From an uncultured Anaerolineales bacterium (GTDB lineage Bacteria; Chloroflexota; Anaerolineae; Anaerolineales; RBG-16-64-43): 64,000 nucleotides of DNA. The first letter of the stretch is position 1; every line of letters starts with the position of its first letter. The notes beneath the pieces are model-generated. The model was not told where the DNA came from. It was given only the letters and a program-made list of their open reading frames with translations, and ran no database searches. The DNA lies in the NCBI GenBank assembly GCA_964521085.1, contig CAZFPL010000002.1:85579-149578 (forward strand). Reading direction: 5' to 3'. Made by a program: the position numbers and the translations under genes. Positions 1 through 9,176 of the stretch are shown here, in pieces.

Positions 1-1591
1 TGCAAACCAGGGAAATGTGGAAATCGAGGTCGTAGACAAAGAAGTAGAGATGCTGAAACAATCCAGTGATCGACAGACCCGCCATGATGGATGCTGTTTC
101 TCCGGACAACCAGTCCCGCCGTTTCCATCCCGCGTATAGTACGGTCACGATTGTGCCGACGTACACTGCGGCTGCCACCCCCGTCCAAAAGGCATGAAAA
201 TTAATGTGGTGGCCGCCGTCTGCAGTGGAGAATCTTTTGAACACGTCAAAATAATAGGACAGGTTCGGCGGCTGTCCGGAGAATATCCATGTAGCGGCCC
301 ACCATGCGCTCCAACAGAAAAAAACCACTGCGATCTGGAGCAGGACCCGCTTGATGAAATCGTGCAGGCTGGTTTTCCGCTGACGGGAAAAGAGCACCTC
401 CCCGATGAAAAGCAGGGCGTCCAAAGAGAGGATCGAGTAGAGAAATACCTCCAAACTCCACACGGAGGCGGCCCCTAAAAGCGCCAGTTCGACGATCCGC
501 CAAAATCTACCTGCGCGGTTGATCCCGATCCATCCCACGCCCAGAACAAGGTATGTCAATCCATAACGCAAAGGACTTTGCCCGGGAAGGCGAAGCATGC
601 TCGGCCAAGCCAGGGCGAAGAAGGCGAAATATAGGATCGCGCCGAGTCCGGCCAGGCTGAGGAAAATATTTTTGGTCGCTTTGTATAGGATGAGGAACAG
701 CAAGGCGAAGTGGAGGATGTACAACACATTTAGGACGGCGGACAAACCGGCGTAGGATATCGGCAGGCGGAAGAATTCAAAGACGGCCAGCAGGAAATAA
801 ATCACCCCGACCCCATATTGGGACAATGAATTGACAAATATGGCTTTCCCGCTTGAGACATCCTGCATGGTCGCCAACACGGGGTTGAAATGGGATCGAA
901 GAAATGGGAGTTCCGGTTGAAACACCAATCCCACTAGGAGCAGTCCGAGCAGAAGGTAGATCCACCAATGAGCCCTCAACCGAAGCCGGACGTTCTGCAG
1001 CCTTTCCGATTGCGCATATATCGTGAAAACGGCGACCATTACGGTCAGCGCTGCGATCCATCCCGATCCGTAGCGGGGTTGATATCGCTGGTAAAACCAG
1101 CCCCAAAAAATTCCGCCATAGAAAAGCGGAAGCATTGGAACGACCCGTTTGTTCATGGACGCCAGGAAGGCGGACGATGCCACCCGCTTTCGGCCAAACC
1201 ACCAAGTCAGAAGAAAAGCCAGATGAACCAATACGATCCCCATTAAATATCCCACCATGGGGAATTGGAGGATCACCGTCAGCGCGATTAAAAGACAGAT
1301 CCAAGGGATGACCAGGGTCACATACGCCGCAGGCAGGCCACGAACAAGCAAAGGAGTCCGCATGAGCACCCATTCGCCCGCAATGACCAGAAGGCAGAAG
1401 AAAGCGACGAGGACCGCGATCGTGATGAGGAAGGCGCTCATTGCGCTTTTCCGGGTCACCCAATCGCCGCCCAGTACGAATAATGTCGTCGGCAGGGCCG
1501 CGGCCGAGAGGATCCCTATGAGACTTAGGAGGTTATTGGGGTCGTGAATCCCGGATGGTAGGGGAAGACCACGGTCGGATGGATTATTCAT
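1..1591 (-). CDS. Polytopic integral membrane protein; C-terminus runs off the left window edge. Function unknown, possibly GT-C-like.
   Basis: Absent from the supplied ORF track because it has no stop inside the window. My hand translation of the minus strand from the ATG at 1591-1589 (MNNPSDRGLPLPSGIHDPNNLLSLIGILSAAALPTTLFVLGG...) stays open for about 530 codons to position 1. It contains many helix-length hydrophobic segments. Confidence 0.6.
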   Translation of the reverse strand, partial: MNNPSDRGLPLPSGIHDPNNLLSLIGILSAAALPTTLFVLGGDWVTRKSAMSAFLITIAVLVAFFCLLVIAGEWVLMRTPLLVRGLPAAYVTLVIPWICLLIALTVILQFPMVGYLMGIVLVHLAFLLTWWFGRKRVASSAFLASMNKRVVPMLPLFYGGIFWGWFYQRYQPRYGSGWIAALTVMVAVFTIYAQSERLQNVRLRLRAHWWIYLLLGLLLVGLVFQPELPFLRSHFNPVLATMQDVSSGKAIFVNSLSQYGVGVIYFLLAVFEFFRLPISYAGLSAVLNVLYILHFALLFLILYKATKNIFLSLAGLGAILYFAFFALAWPSMLRLPGQSPLRYGLTYLVLGVGWIGINRAGRFWRIVELALLGAASVWSLEVFLYSILSLDALLFIGEVLFSRQRKTSLHDFIKRVLLQIAVVFFCWSAWWAATWIFSGQPPNLSYYFDVFKRFSTADGGHHINFHAFWTGVAAAVYVGTIVTVLYAGWKRRDWLSGETASIMAGLSITGLFQHLYFFVYDLDFHISLVC

Positions 1592-1916
1592 CCCGTCGGA
1601 CACCTGCCGTCGCGTTATGCATCGAGTAAATTAAGAACGGGCTATCCATAGCAACGCACGATATTTTACACCGGAACGAAGGGGAAGGAATGACTGAAGA
1701 TTACTCTCGATCGCAAAGCGATGCCCGGTTCCTATCTCGACTCGGCTGATTTGCCATATTCTCCAGACCGATAAGATTGGAGTCCGCGAATAGATAGCGA
1801 GGATATCTTATTCAGTTCTTATGAAGGATCCATGAATATCCGATTTTTTCGTCTCTCCCCCATGGACTTCCCCATCGACTCCTCATAGAATCAATTTCAC
1901 AGGAACCCTCGCATCC

Positions 1917-3962
1917 ATGAGCCGCCTCGACCGCATTCTCGCCCTGGCCATCACTCTCGCCGCGCTGATTGTCTACGCGCTGACCCTCACTCCGAGCCTT
2001 TCCTACCTAAGCCCCGACGGCAGCGAGTTGGCGACCGTTCCTTTTGTCCTCGGCCTGGCCCATTCCCCTGGATATCCGCTCTATACCTGGCTGGGTTTCC
2101 TCTTCAGTCATTTGGTGCCGCTGGGTGACGTGGCGTACCGGATCAACTTGATGTCCGCCGTAATGGCTTCACTCGCGGCGGGCGGCCTCTTCTGGATCCT
2201 GATTCGCATTCTTCCGCAGGGAATCCCGCCGGCTTTACGGAGGGCGGTGGCCGCGCCAAGCGCGCTGTTGCTCGCCTTCTCCAAGACATTTTGGGCGCAG
2301 GCATTGATCGCGGAAGTGTATGCTCCGAACGCCGCGGGGATTGTACTAACGCTGCTGGTCCTTCTGCGCTGGGAACGCACACGCCGGAATCGTGATTTCT
2401 TTCTCTTTGCGCTCGTCTTCAGCCTTTCGCTCGGCCTGCACATTTCGGACCTGGGTTTCGCACCCGCCTTCATCGTCTTCACACTGCTTTGCCTTTTTGA
2501 ACCGGCCGGCGCGCCCATGGATCCGAACGCGCAATCGATGGCCGCAACCCTCACCGGCAAGTTCCGTTCCCTGATCGCCGTTGCCCTCTTCGGTTTGTTC
2601 GGATTCTTGCTCGGCGTTGCGCAATTCCTTTGGCTTCCACTCCAGGCCAGCTCGCTGATCGACCGCGCGATGCTGCGCAGCGCACCGACGACCCTGTCCG
2701 GAATTTACAATTACACGCTGGGGGCGTTCCCGAACTTCAAATTCGCATTCCCGATCACGGCACTGCCCGACCGGCTGGTTATTTACCTCGACCTGCTGAA
2801 TCAACAATTCGGCCTGATCGGAATCGGTTTGGGTATCATCGGATTATTCTCGCTGCTGGCGCGCCGCACCCGGCATTTCTTCCTCTTTGTGGGAATGTAC
2901 CTGGTGCAGATCTGGTTCTTCATCCAATATAGCGCGTTCGATCTTGACGTATTCTTCATCCCCGCCCATTTGATCTGGGCCGTCTTCATCGGCTTCGGAT
3001 TGTCCGAAATTCTCAACGCTGCTCAATTCCTTTGGGAAAGACGGAGTCAGATCCCGCGCCCCTCCGTCAAACGAGTCGTTGCGATCGCCGCCGCATTCAT
3101 CCTGTTGTTGTTCGTCTTCCCTTCGCTGTGGAACAATTGGTCCGCGAACGATTTTTCCAAGGACACGGCGGTCAATGATTTTTATGCCGGCGTGTGGGCC
3201 TTGCTCCCCGGAAACTCCGCCCTGATCACCCAGTCGGGCGTGTTCGGCTACGATGCCTTCTACTGGCAGCTTGTCTATGATACGCGGCCGGACGTGCTCC
3301 TTCCGCTTTTGCCGGGCCCGAATCCATCGGCGAAAGATCTTGCCGGGCGCGACCTTTTTACGACGACCCGCGCGATGACGGGAAATCAGGGTCCCGGCGC
3401 GCTGCCCTCCAACCTGCTTAACCAGAATTATTGGTCGCTTCCCGTCCTGTTCGGGCAGCAGCCGGAGGAGAGTTTCGGCCGCCGCGAGACCCTGGTGCTT
3501 TATCACCTTCTCGCGGACCCGCCTCCCCTGCGTGAGCCTGATCCCCATCCGCAATTCATCACGGGGGAGGATTTTGGCCCGGTTCAACTGCTCGGTTTTG
3601 ATATTTCCTCGCAGCGGATTGAAAGCGGGGATATTCTCTTTGTTAAGTTATATTGGAGGTTAAAAGCCGTCTCCACCTTGCGGGTGGAGACTCGCCTGGG
3701 AGACCTTTCCCTCGAACAGCATGAAATCGGATTCGGATTGTTGACGCGGTATGCACAGAGCACCCCATTGCCCGCGGGAAGCGTGATCGTCGATTCCTAC
3801 GGGCTGATCATCCCCTCCGGCGTTCAACCCGGACCCTACGCGTTCACGATCCGGTCGACCGGCCTTGGAACCTCCCAGGGGAATTCGATCACTCTCAGCA
3901 TGGTGGACATCATCAACGAAACAGGGACAATGGAACGATGGCTGCAAATCGCTGGAAAATAA
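1917..3962 (+). CDS. DUF2723/TMEM260-like GT-C family membrane glycosyltransferase (putative protein O-glycosyltransferase)
   Basis: 681-aa ORF. The N-terminal loop LSPDGSELATVPFVLGLAHSPGYPLYTWLG resembles the acidic-residue plus HPPGYP signature of DUF2723 proteins. Many TM segments are followed by a soluble C-terminal domain. Confidence 0.8.
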   Translation: MSRLDRILALAITLAALIVYALTLTPSLSYLSPDGSELATVPFVLGLAHSPGYPLYTWLGFLFSHLVPLGDVAYRINLMSAVMASLAAGGLFWILIRILPQGIPPALRRAVAAPSALLLAFSKTFWAQALIAEVYAPNAAGIVLTLLVLLRWERTRRNRDFFLFALVFSLSLGLHISDLGFAPAFIVFTLLCLFEPAGAPMDPNAQSMAATLTGKFRSLIAVALFGLFGFLLGVAQFLWLPLQASSLIDRAMLRSAPTTLSGIYNYTLGAFPNFKFAFPITALPDRLVIYLDLLNQQFGLIGIGLGIIGLFSLLARRTRHFFLFVGMYLVQIWFFIQYSAFDLDVFFIPAHLIWAVFIGFGLSEILNAAQFLWERRSQIPRPSVKRVVAIAAAFILLLFVFPSLWNNWSANDFSKDTAVNDFYAGVWALLPGNSALITQSGVFGYDAFYWQLVYDTRPDVLLPLLPGPNPSAKDLAGRDLFTTTRAMTGNQGPGALPSNLLNQNYWSLPVLFGQQPEESFGRRETLVLYHLLADPPPLREPDPHPQFITGEDFGPVQLLGFDISSQRIESGDILFVKLYWRLKAVSTLRVETRLGDLSLEQHEIGFGLLTRYAQSTPLPAGSVIVDSYGLIIPSGVQPGPYAFTIRSTGLGTSQGNSITLSMVDIINETGTMERWLQIAGK

Positions 3963-4426
3963 TTTCCGTATCCGTCGGCGGCGCAGTTCTCCTGCTGATG
4001 CTCCTGACGTCTTCCTTCGCGCTCGGGGTGTACGTTGGCGAACATGGCTGGACCCGCGATGGATTGAGTTATTCCGGTCCAAACATGGGCAACCCGGTGG
4101 GGCCCAACAACCGGCCGGCCCAGGGCGGTCCCGCGCCGGCGATTACCCAACAAGCGCCGCTCGTTCCCGGCGGTCTGCCGTCGGGGCGGCCGAATCTGAC
4201 CGGGCGCATCCTGCGCATTCATCCGCAAAGCATCGAGGTGACATCCGCCAGCGGGCCGCGGGTGATTCTCGTAACCGCCCAAACGCGCTTCCTGGAACAA
4301 GACGGCCGGACGATCACGTTGAAGGATCTGCTGAAGGGGGATTTAATCGCGGTCTACGGGCTTACGACGGGCGACGGCGGGGAATTGCAGGCGGAATTCA
4401 TCGTCCGTCTGCCGGCCAAACAGTAG
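3938..4426 (+). CDS. Hypothetical N-terminally membrane-anchored protein with Pro/Gly-rich linker
   Basis: 162-aa ORF whose ATG overlaps the last 25 nt of the DUF2723 gene. It has a single N-terminal TM (IISVSVGGAVLLLMLLTSSFALGVYV), a PG-rich linker, and a C-terminal globular part. No family recognised. Confidence 0.55.
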   Translation: MAANRWKIISVSVGGAVLLLMLLTSSFALGVYVGEHGWTRDGLSYSGPNMGNPVGPNNRPAQGGPAPAITQQAPLVPGGLPSGRPNLTGRILRIHPQSIEVTSASGPRVILVTAQTRFLEQDGRTITLKDLLKGDLIAVYGLTTGDGGELQAEFIVRLPAKQ

Positions 4427-4457
4427 TTGTTGTCGCGGAAAAAGAATCCACGAAGGA

Positions 4458-4511
4458 CACGAAGAGCACGAAGGAGAAAACAAATCATTAGTGCCCTTCG
4501 TGCTCTTCGTG
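4458..4511. terminator. Perfect 17-bp-stem hairpin between convergent genes (putative bidirectional terminator)
   Basis: Arms are cacgaagagcacgaagg (4458-4474) and ccttcgtgctcttcgtg (4495-4511), with a 20-nt loop. It lies between the stop at 4426 (+) and the stop at 4525 (-). A T-rich run follows only on the minus-strand side. Confidence 0.5.
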
Positions 4512-4524
4512 GATGATTAATAGA

Positions 4525-5370
4525 TTAGGTTAATCCGAGTATCACCGCTGTCATCTTCACATGCAGGGCGGGATTGGCCGCAATCACCGACGGGGATTCG
4601 GTCATATAGGGACTCTCACCGTCCATGGCGGTCACACGCGCCCCGGCCTCCTCGGCGATCAGCCCGCCGGCGGCCACGTCCCACGGCGCCAGCCGCATCT
4701 CCCAATAACCGTCGAATCTTCCGGCGGCAAGGTAGGAAAGATCAAGCGCCGCCGAACCCAGACGCCTGACCCCCCGGCTGCGGACCGCGAACTTTGCAAA
4801 GTAATCCAGGTTGTTCTGCGGATTCGACCAGGCGTCATACGGGAAGCCCGTCACCAAAAGGCTTTTCCCGAGTTCTGCGGTCGCGGATACATGCACGCGG
4901 GCCGTCCCGCAGTACGCCCCTTTGCCGCGTTCCGCCCAAAAACATTCTTTGCGGGTTGGATCATAGACAACGCCCAGTTTCGTGCGGCCGTCCTCCCGCA
5001 GCGCGATGGATACGCTGAAGATCGGCAGCCCGTGGGCGAAATTGGTCGTCCCATCCAGCGGATCCACCATCCAAATAGGCCCGTCCCCGGCGCCCGCCTG
5101 CCCTCGCGCCTGCCCTCGCGCCCGCCCTCGCGAAGCGGGGGAAGCGGGGGTGCGCCCGCTTTCTTCGGCGAGGATGTGATGTCCCGGGAAGGCCTGATGA
5201 ATTTTTCCAAGGATAAATTCCTCCGAGCGGCGGTCGAATTCCGTGACCAGATCGATCTCGCGGCGTTTGTGCTCGACCCGCAGACGCGTGCCGAATCCTT
5301 CCATAAGGATTTTGCCGGCGGCTTTTGCCGTGCGGATTGCGAATTCCGTTTCCGCGCTTGGCTTTCCCAA
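4525..5370 (-). CDS. Inositol monophosphatase family protein (SuhB/IMPase-like)
   Basis: Motifs WMVDPLDGTTNF, WDVAAG and AAGRFDGYWE. The track ORF extends to 5511 but would overlap the upstream gene. A TTG at 5370 sits 7 nt after AAGGAG, and that AAGGAG overlaps the upstream TGA stop, so I take it as the start. Confidence 0.85.
   Translation of the reverse strand: MGKPSAETEFAIRTAKAAGKILMEGFGTRLRVEHKRREIDLVTEFDRRSEEFILGKIHQAFPGHHILAEESGRTPASPASRGRARGQARGQAGAGDGPIWMVDPLDGTTNFAHGLPIFSVSIALREDGRTKLGVVYDPTRKECFWAERGKGAYCGTARVHVSATAELGKSLLVTGFPYDAWSNPQNNLDYFAKFAVRSRGVRRLGSAALDLSYLAAGRFDGYWEMRLAPWDVAAGGLIAEEAGARVTAMDGESPYMTESPSVIAANPALHVKMTAVILGLT
5096..5149. repeat. In-frame coding microsatellites inside the IMPase gene
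   Basis: gcctgccctcgc x2 plus gcccgccctcgc (5096-5131), followed by gaagcgggg x2 (5132-5149). Together they encode the low-complexity stretch TPASPASRGRARGQARGQAGAG. Confidence 0.8.
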
Positions 5371-5375
5371 AGGAT

Positions 5376-6590
5376 TCACTCCTTGATCCAGCGGCTGACC
5401 GTTTCCAAATGGCTGGTCTGCGGAAACATGTCGATCGGAACGACGGCGGTCAGCCGGTATCCCGCGCCGGAGAGGATGCGCGCATCCCGCGCCAGGGTGG
5501 ACATATCGCACGACGCCATCACGATCCGCGGGGGCGCCGCGTGCAAGAGCGCTCGCATCGCGCGCGCGGTCAGTCCGCTCCGCGGCGGGTCGACTACCGC
5601 CAGATCCGGTTTCTCCGCAATCGCCTCGAGCGCCGCTTCGGCGGACGCGGCGTACAGTTCAACCGTATCGAACGAATCCAGATTGAGTTCGAAATCCGCC
5701 GCCGCCAGCGGGGATTCTTCGATCCCGATCACCCGCGCCGCGCGTTCGGCGAGAAACGCGCTGAATAAACCCGTGCCGCAGTAGAGATCCAATACGGTTT
5801 CGTTCCGCGCCGGATCGGCCAGCTCCATCACCGCTTTGACCATCGCCGGGATCTGCGCGGTGTTGACCTGGAAAAAACTGCCGGCCGAAACCGTGAACAC
5901 CCGGCCGAGGATTGCATAATGCAAAGGCCCGCCGGCAAGGTAGACCATCCCTCCCTGCGGATCTAGCCACGCGGCGGATACTGCGGACTCGACGCTCACC
6001 TCCGGCAGTTGCCCCGCATCCCCCTCGAGCACGATCATTTCATCGTCGTCGGAAGCCCGGAACCCGATTTGGCGCAGCCCGGGAAAGGATTCCCAATCCA
6101 ACGTTTTCCACAAATCCAGGAGCTTTCCCTCCGGCAGGTGGCACTCGTCCACCGGCAGGACCGAATGCGTCGCGGGGCGGAAGAATCCAAGCCGGTTTCC
6201 CTCGGCCGGCGTGCACTGAATATGATTTCGATAGTTCCACTCGCTGGGGGACGGCAGCGTCGGCCGAAGCGGAACATCAGCAATCCCCCCCAGGCGCTGA
6301 AGCTGCTCGCGCAGGACCGCTTCCTTGGCCCGCACCTGGCAGGCATACCCCAGGTGTTGAAATTGGCATCCGCCGCACTGGCCGAAATACCGGCAGCGCG
6401 GTTTAACCCGGTCGGCCGAGGGCTCCATGACCTCGATCAACCGCGCCCGGAAAAAGCCCTTGTGGGATTCCCCCGGTTCCACGCGAACCCACTCCCCCGG
6501 CGCGGCATACGGCACGAATACCGGCCTGCCGTCAGGCGCGTATCCCATGGCGTCTCCGCCGTGGATGATCTTTTCTATTCGGATTTCCAT
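5376..6590 (-). CDS. rlmD: 23S rRNA (uracil-C5)-methyltransferase, RlmD/RumA family (TRAM + Fe-S + SAM MTase)
   Basis: 404 aa. Cys cluster CRYFGQCGGCQFQH, SAM motif VLDLYCGTGLFS, C-terminal DPPRSG and catalytic-Cys region. Confidence 0.85.
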   Translation of the reverse strand: MEIRIEKIIHGGDAMGYAPDGRPVFVPYAAPGEWVRVEPGESHKGFFRARLIEVMEPSADRVKPRCRYFGQCGGCQFQHLGYACQVRAKEAVLREQLQRLGGIADVPLRPTLPSPSEWNYRNHIQCTPAEGNRLGFFRPATHSVLPVDECHLPEGKLLDLWKTLDWESFPGLRQIGFRASDDDEMIVLEGDAGQLPEVSVESAVSAAWLDPQGGMVYLAGGPLHYAILGRVFTVSAGSFFQVNTAQIPAMVKAVMELADPARNETVLDLYCGTGLFSAFLAERAARVIGIEESPLAAADFELNLDSFDTVELYAASAEAALEAIAEKPDLAVVDPPRSGLTARAMRALLHAAPPRIVMASCDMSTLARDARILSGAGYRLTAVVPIDMFPQTSHLETVSRWIKE

Positions 6591-6633
6591 CCGGGCTTTT
6601 TCCGCCTTCCCTCAAGCGAGCGCGTCGCCGCCC

Positions 6634-7260
6634 CTACCCAATAACTCCCGCCGCGACGAGGATCGTAAAGGTGGCAACGAACCAATGAATGAGGAATGGA
6701 TACAGGAAGGAACGGGTCCGCCACGCCACCCATCCGAATGCAAATCCTCCGAAAATGGTCGAAAGCGTTTCCACGGCCGGCTTGGTGATGTGCGCCATGG
6801 CGAAGGGAACCGCCTGCAGCCAAAGCGCGTGAACGCCGAATTTCCGTTCGTATCCGAACAGCAGGAATCCCCGGAAGAAAAATTCCCACCCCAGCAAGTC
6901 CAGGAACGTCATCCACGGCAGGATCCGTGTGGCTTGCCAGGAGTAATAGTTGCGCATGGCCGGATCGGAACGGCCGATCAGCCAGAGGATTGGCGCCATG
7001 ATGAGGACGGCCGCGCCGGTGATGAGCAGGCCCGCCTTCCAATCCCCCAGGGTGAAGCCGTATTCCCTCACCGGTTTGCGGAAGCCGAAGATGATCATCG
7101 CCAGGGGAATCAGCAGGTATAACGCCAAACCGTCGATCACGGGCACCGGCGTAAGCGGGTAATAGTAATCCACCATCAGGAGCAACGTGCTGGCGATGGT
7201 GATCGCTACGATCTCCCGGTCGAAGGTCAGTTCCTCAAGCCTAAGCCATTTTCTGATCAT
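6634..7260 (-). CDS. CPBP family intramembrane glutamic endopeptidase (CAAX protease-like)
   Basis: Motifs GWEFFFRGFLL (EExxxR-type) and FAMAH, plus several TM helices. ATG at 7260; the track start at 7287 is a TTG that overlaps the upstream stop. Confidence 0.75.
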   Translation of the reverse strand: MIRKWLRLEELTFDREIVAITIASTLLLMVDYYYPLTPVPVIDGLALYLLIPLAMIIFGFRKPVREYGFTLGDWKAGLLITGAAVLIMAPILWLIGRSDPAMRNYYSWQATRILPWMTFLDLLGWEFFFRGFLLFGYERKFGVHALWLQAVPFAMAHITKPAVETLSTIFGGFAFGWVAWRTRSFLYPFLIHWFVATFTILVAAGVIG

Positions 7261-7283
7261 GGGATCCGTTCCCGTCCTTTGAG

Positions 7284-8759
7284 TCAATACGGAAAATACG
7301 TTTCGTTGCCGCCGGGTCCTAAAAGCGCCGCCAAATGGGCGGAATCGGAAATCAGTTCATATCCCCAATTGAAAAGAAGAAGGATGGAAACCACTGCAGG
7401 CAGCAGCCACTTCCGCCACCCGAACGGAGCGCGCAGCGACGCGAGGATTTCGCGCCGGCGCAGGAACGCCGCGGCGGCAAGCACCGCGAAAAAAGGAATC
7501 AACGTCATATGGAACCGTTCTTCTGCGAGAATTATGAGATGGGGAGTGATATAAGCCGCCAGGAACAGCGCGACGAGGGTTTTCGCGTCCGAGCGCGGCA
7601 CCGCCGCGGCGCCGAACGCCGCCGACGGCACGAGGAAAACCAGCGGCAGCAGGAAAACCGCCGCGATCGCCAAAAGCAGGGGCGTGGGAATGTAACCGAA
7701 GAAATTGCTGGAATAGAAAAATTGGATCGCGCGCCGTTCCAAACCGAAGAAATACCCGGCTTTGCGCACAATTAATTCCGGGATCCGCCCCGGATCATCG
7801 CGGATGAACTGACCGGCCTTCTGGATCCCCACCGTATCGCGGTCCATATCGTTGAAAATCGTCAACAGATCCGTCGAGATTCCAAACTGAAACGTCCCGG
7901 TGCTTTTCGGGTGGTACCCCATGTAGAGGTTGTATCCCAGCGAGACTTCGACGAATGCCGGGCGGCCCGCCAGGATGGTGTTTCGCAGCGCCCAAGGAAA
8001 AACCAGCCCTGCGGCGGCGCACGCGAATACGACCGCACCACGGAGGCTTTTCGCGTTTCGCCAAATCCAGTACATCGCGAAGGGTATGAACAACGTGAAC
8101 ACCGACCGGGTGAGGATGGCCATCCCGGCTACCGCGCCGGCGAGGGCGAACCACCGCACCCCGGGCCTGTCCCAGACGCCCGGTGCGGAAGCGGATGGAC
8201 CACCGCCGATGGTGTTCCCTTGCGCCCCGCGCAGGAGGAGCAGCACGCTGCCCAGAGTCAGGACGAAGAATAAATTCTCCGTCGCCAGCGCCAGCGGATA
8301 CAACGCAAGGATCGGGTAGCCCGCTACAATCCACGCGCCGATGCGGGCGGTGCGCTCATGCTCGGGATCCAGCCTGCGTCCCAGGGCATAGGTCATCGGG
8401 GCCAGCAGCGCGTTGAGCGCGGCCTGCGCCAGGCGGGCGATGAAGAACCGGTGCGTCAATCCGCTGAAAAAATAAATGACGGCCAGGAAGATCGGGTACA
8501 TCGGCCCGCGGAAGGCAGCCTCGATCCCCCGCGGATCGTACGGCACATTGGTTAAATCCACCGCAATGTATGGCCGGATCAAATCCAGGTCCGGTTCGGA
8601 ATACCAGCGGAAACCGTTTCCCGAGACCAAACTGCGCGCGAGCATGTCGTATTGGTGCATGTCGTCCAGTCCGATCCCCAGGTTGAAAGCAAACAGGACC
8701 GGAACCAGCCGGATGACGAGCGCCACGATGAAGAATCGCTTTGGGATTTTTAATTCCAT
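7284..8759 (-). CDS. GT39/ArnT-PMT-like GT-C membrane glycosyltransferase
   Basis: About 490 aa and polytopic. The N-terminal loop LGIGLDDMHQYDMLARSLVSGNGF is typical of PMT_2/ArnT-type enzymes. ATG at 8759 is preceded by GGGGAG; the track start at 8774 is a TTG. Confidence 0.75.
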   Translation of the reverse strand: MELKIPKRFFIVALVIRLVPVLFAFNLGIGLDDMHQYDMLARSLVSGNGFRWYSEPDLDLIRPYIAVDLTNVPYDPRGIEAAFRGPMYPIFLAVIYFFSGLTHRFFIARLAQAALNALLAPMTYALGRRLDPEHERTARIGAWIVAGYPILALYPLALATENLFFVLTLGSVLLLLRGAQGNTIGGGPSASAPGVWDRPGVRWFALAGAVAGMAILTRSVFTLFIPFAMYWIWRNAKSLRGAVVFACAAAGLVFPWALRNTILAGRPAFVEVSLGYNLYMGYHPKSTGTFQFGISTDLLTIFNDMDRDTVGIQKAGQFIRDDPGRIPELIVRKAGYFFGLERRAIQFFYSSNFFGYIPTPLLLAIAAVFLLPLVFLVPSAAFGAAAVPRSDAKTLVALFLAAYITPHLIILAEERFHMTLIPFFAVLAAAAFLRRREILASLRAPFGWRKWLLPAVVSILLLFNWGYELISDSAHLAALLGPGGNETYFPY

Positions 8760-8867
8760 TCCGCATCTCCCCAACCGCCCTTCATTTTACTATGCGCCAG
8801 GGCGCGCCGATGCAAGGCCGCCTTGTCCAAATTTATTTTTGAGGGGTGTGAATGGAAAAACGAGGAG

Positions 8868-9176
8868 TTATTTCGATCCCCTACGGGTGTCATCTCTCGA
8901 CCAGGGAGAAGGGTTCTCTGCCGGAAGCCGTCTTCTGGGATTGGAAAAGGAAGGGATATGGGCCGCGGGACCAAGGATGACTCGTAACGCTTCCAGAGCG
9001 TTCTCATCATATTCGCAATGGCGGCAGATATCGCAAATCCATGCCGGAAAATTCGGGATAATCACAAGCGTTCCCTCCAATTTCGCGTAATAGGGAACGG
9101 TGCTGTGTCCCAGCGTGCCCACCTGACATTCCGGGCAACTCTCCTTCAGGTTGATCAAATTCCGTCCGTCCGTCAT
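8868..9176 (-). CDS. YgiT-type zinc-ribbon protein
   Basis: 102 aa. CPECQ...(28 aa)...CDICRHCEYDE matches the YgiT/MqsA N-terminal Zn-finger pattern. The C-terminal tail looks disordered with no HTH. The ATG overlaps the lepB stop (ATGA). Confidence 0.65.
   Translation of the reverse strand: MTDGRNLINLKESCPECQVGTLGHSTVPYYAKLEGTLVIIPNFPAWICDICRHCEYDENALEALRVILGPAAHIPSFSNPRRRLPAENPSPWSRDDTRRGSK

Noticed and set aside
5096-5131. Short direct repeats as a degenerate CRISPR or other non-coding array
   Set aside because: The repeats are contiguous 12-nt units with no spacers. They lie in frame within the IMPase CDS.
8775-8867. Hairpin (caagg-ccg-ccttg) followed by a T-rich run
   Set aside because: The T-run is on the + strand, where no gene exists. 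The stem is only 5 bp. On the minus strand no U-tract follows.
8868-9176. YgiT zinc-ribbon protein as the antitoxin of an MqsRA-like toxin-antitoxin pair
   Set aside because: There is no adjacent small toxin ORF and no C-terminal HTH domain. The gene is coupled to lepB instead.
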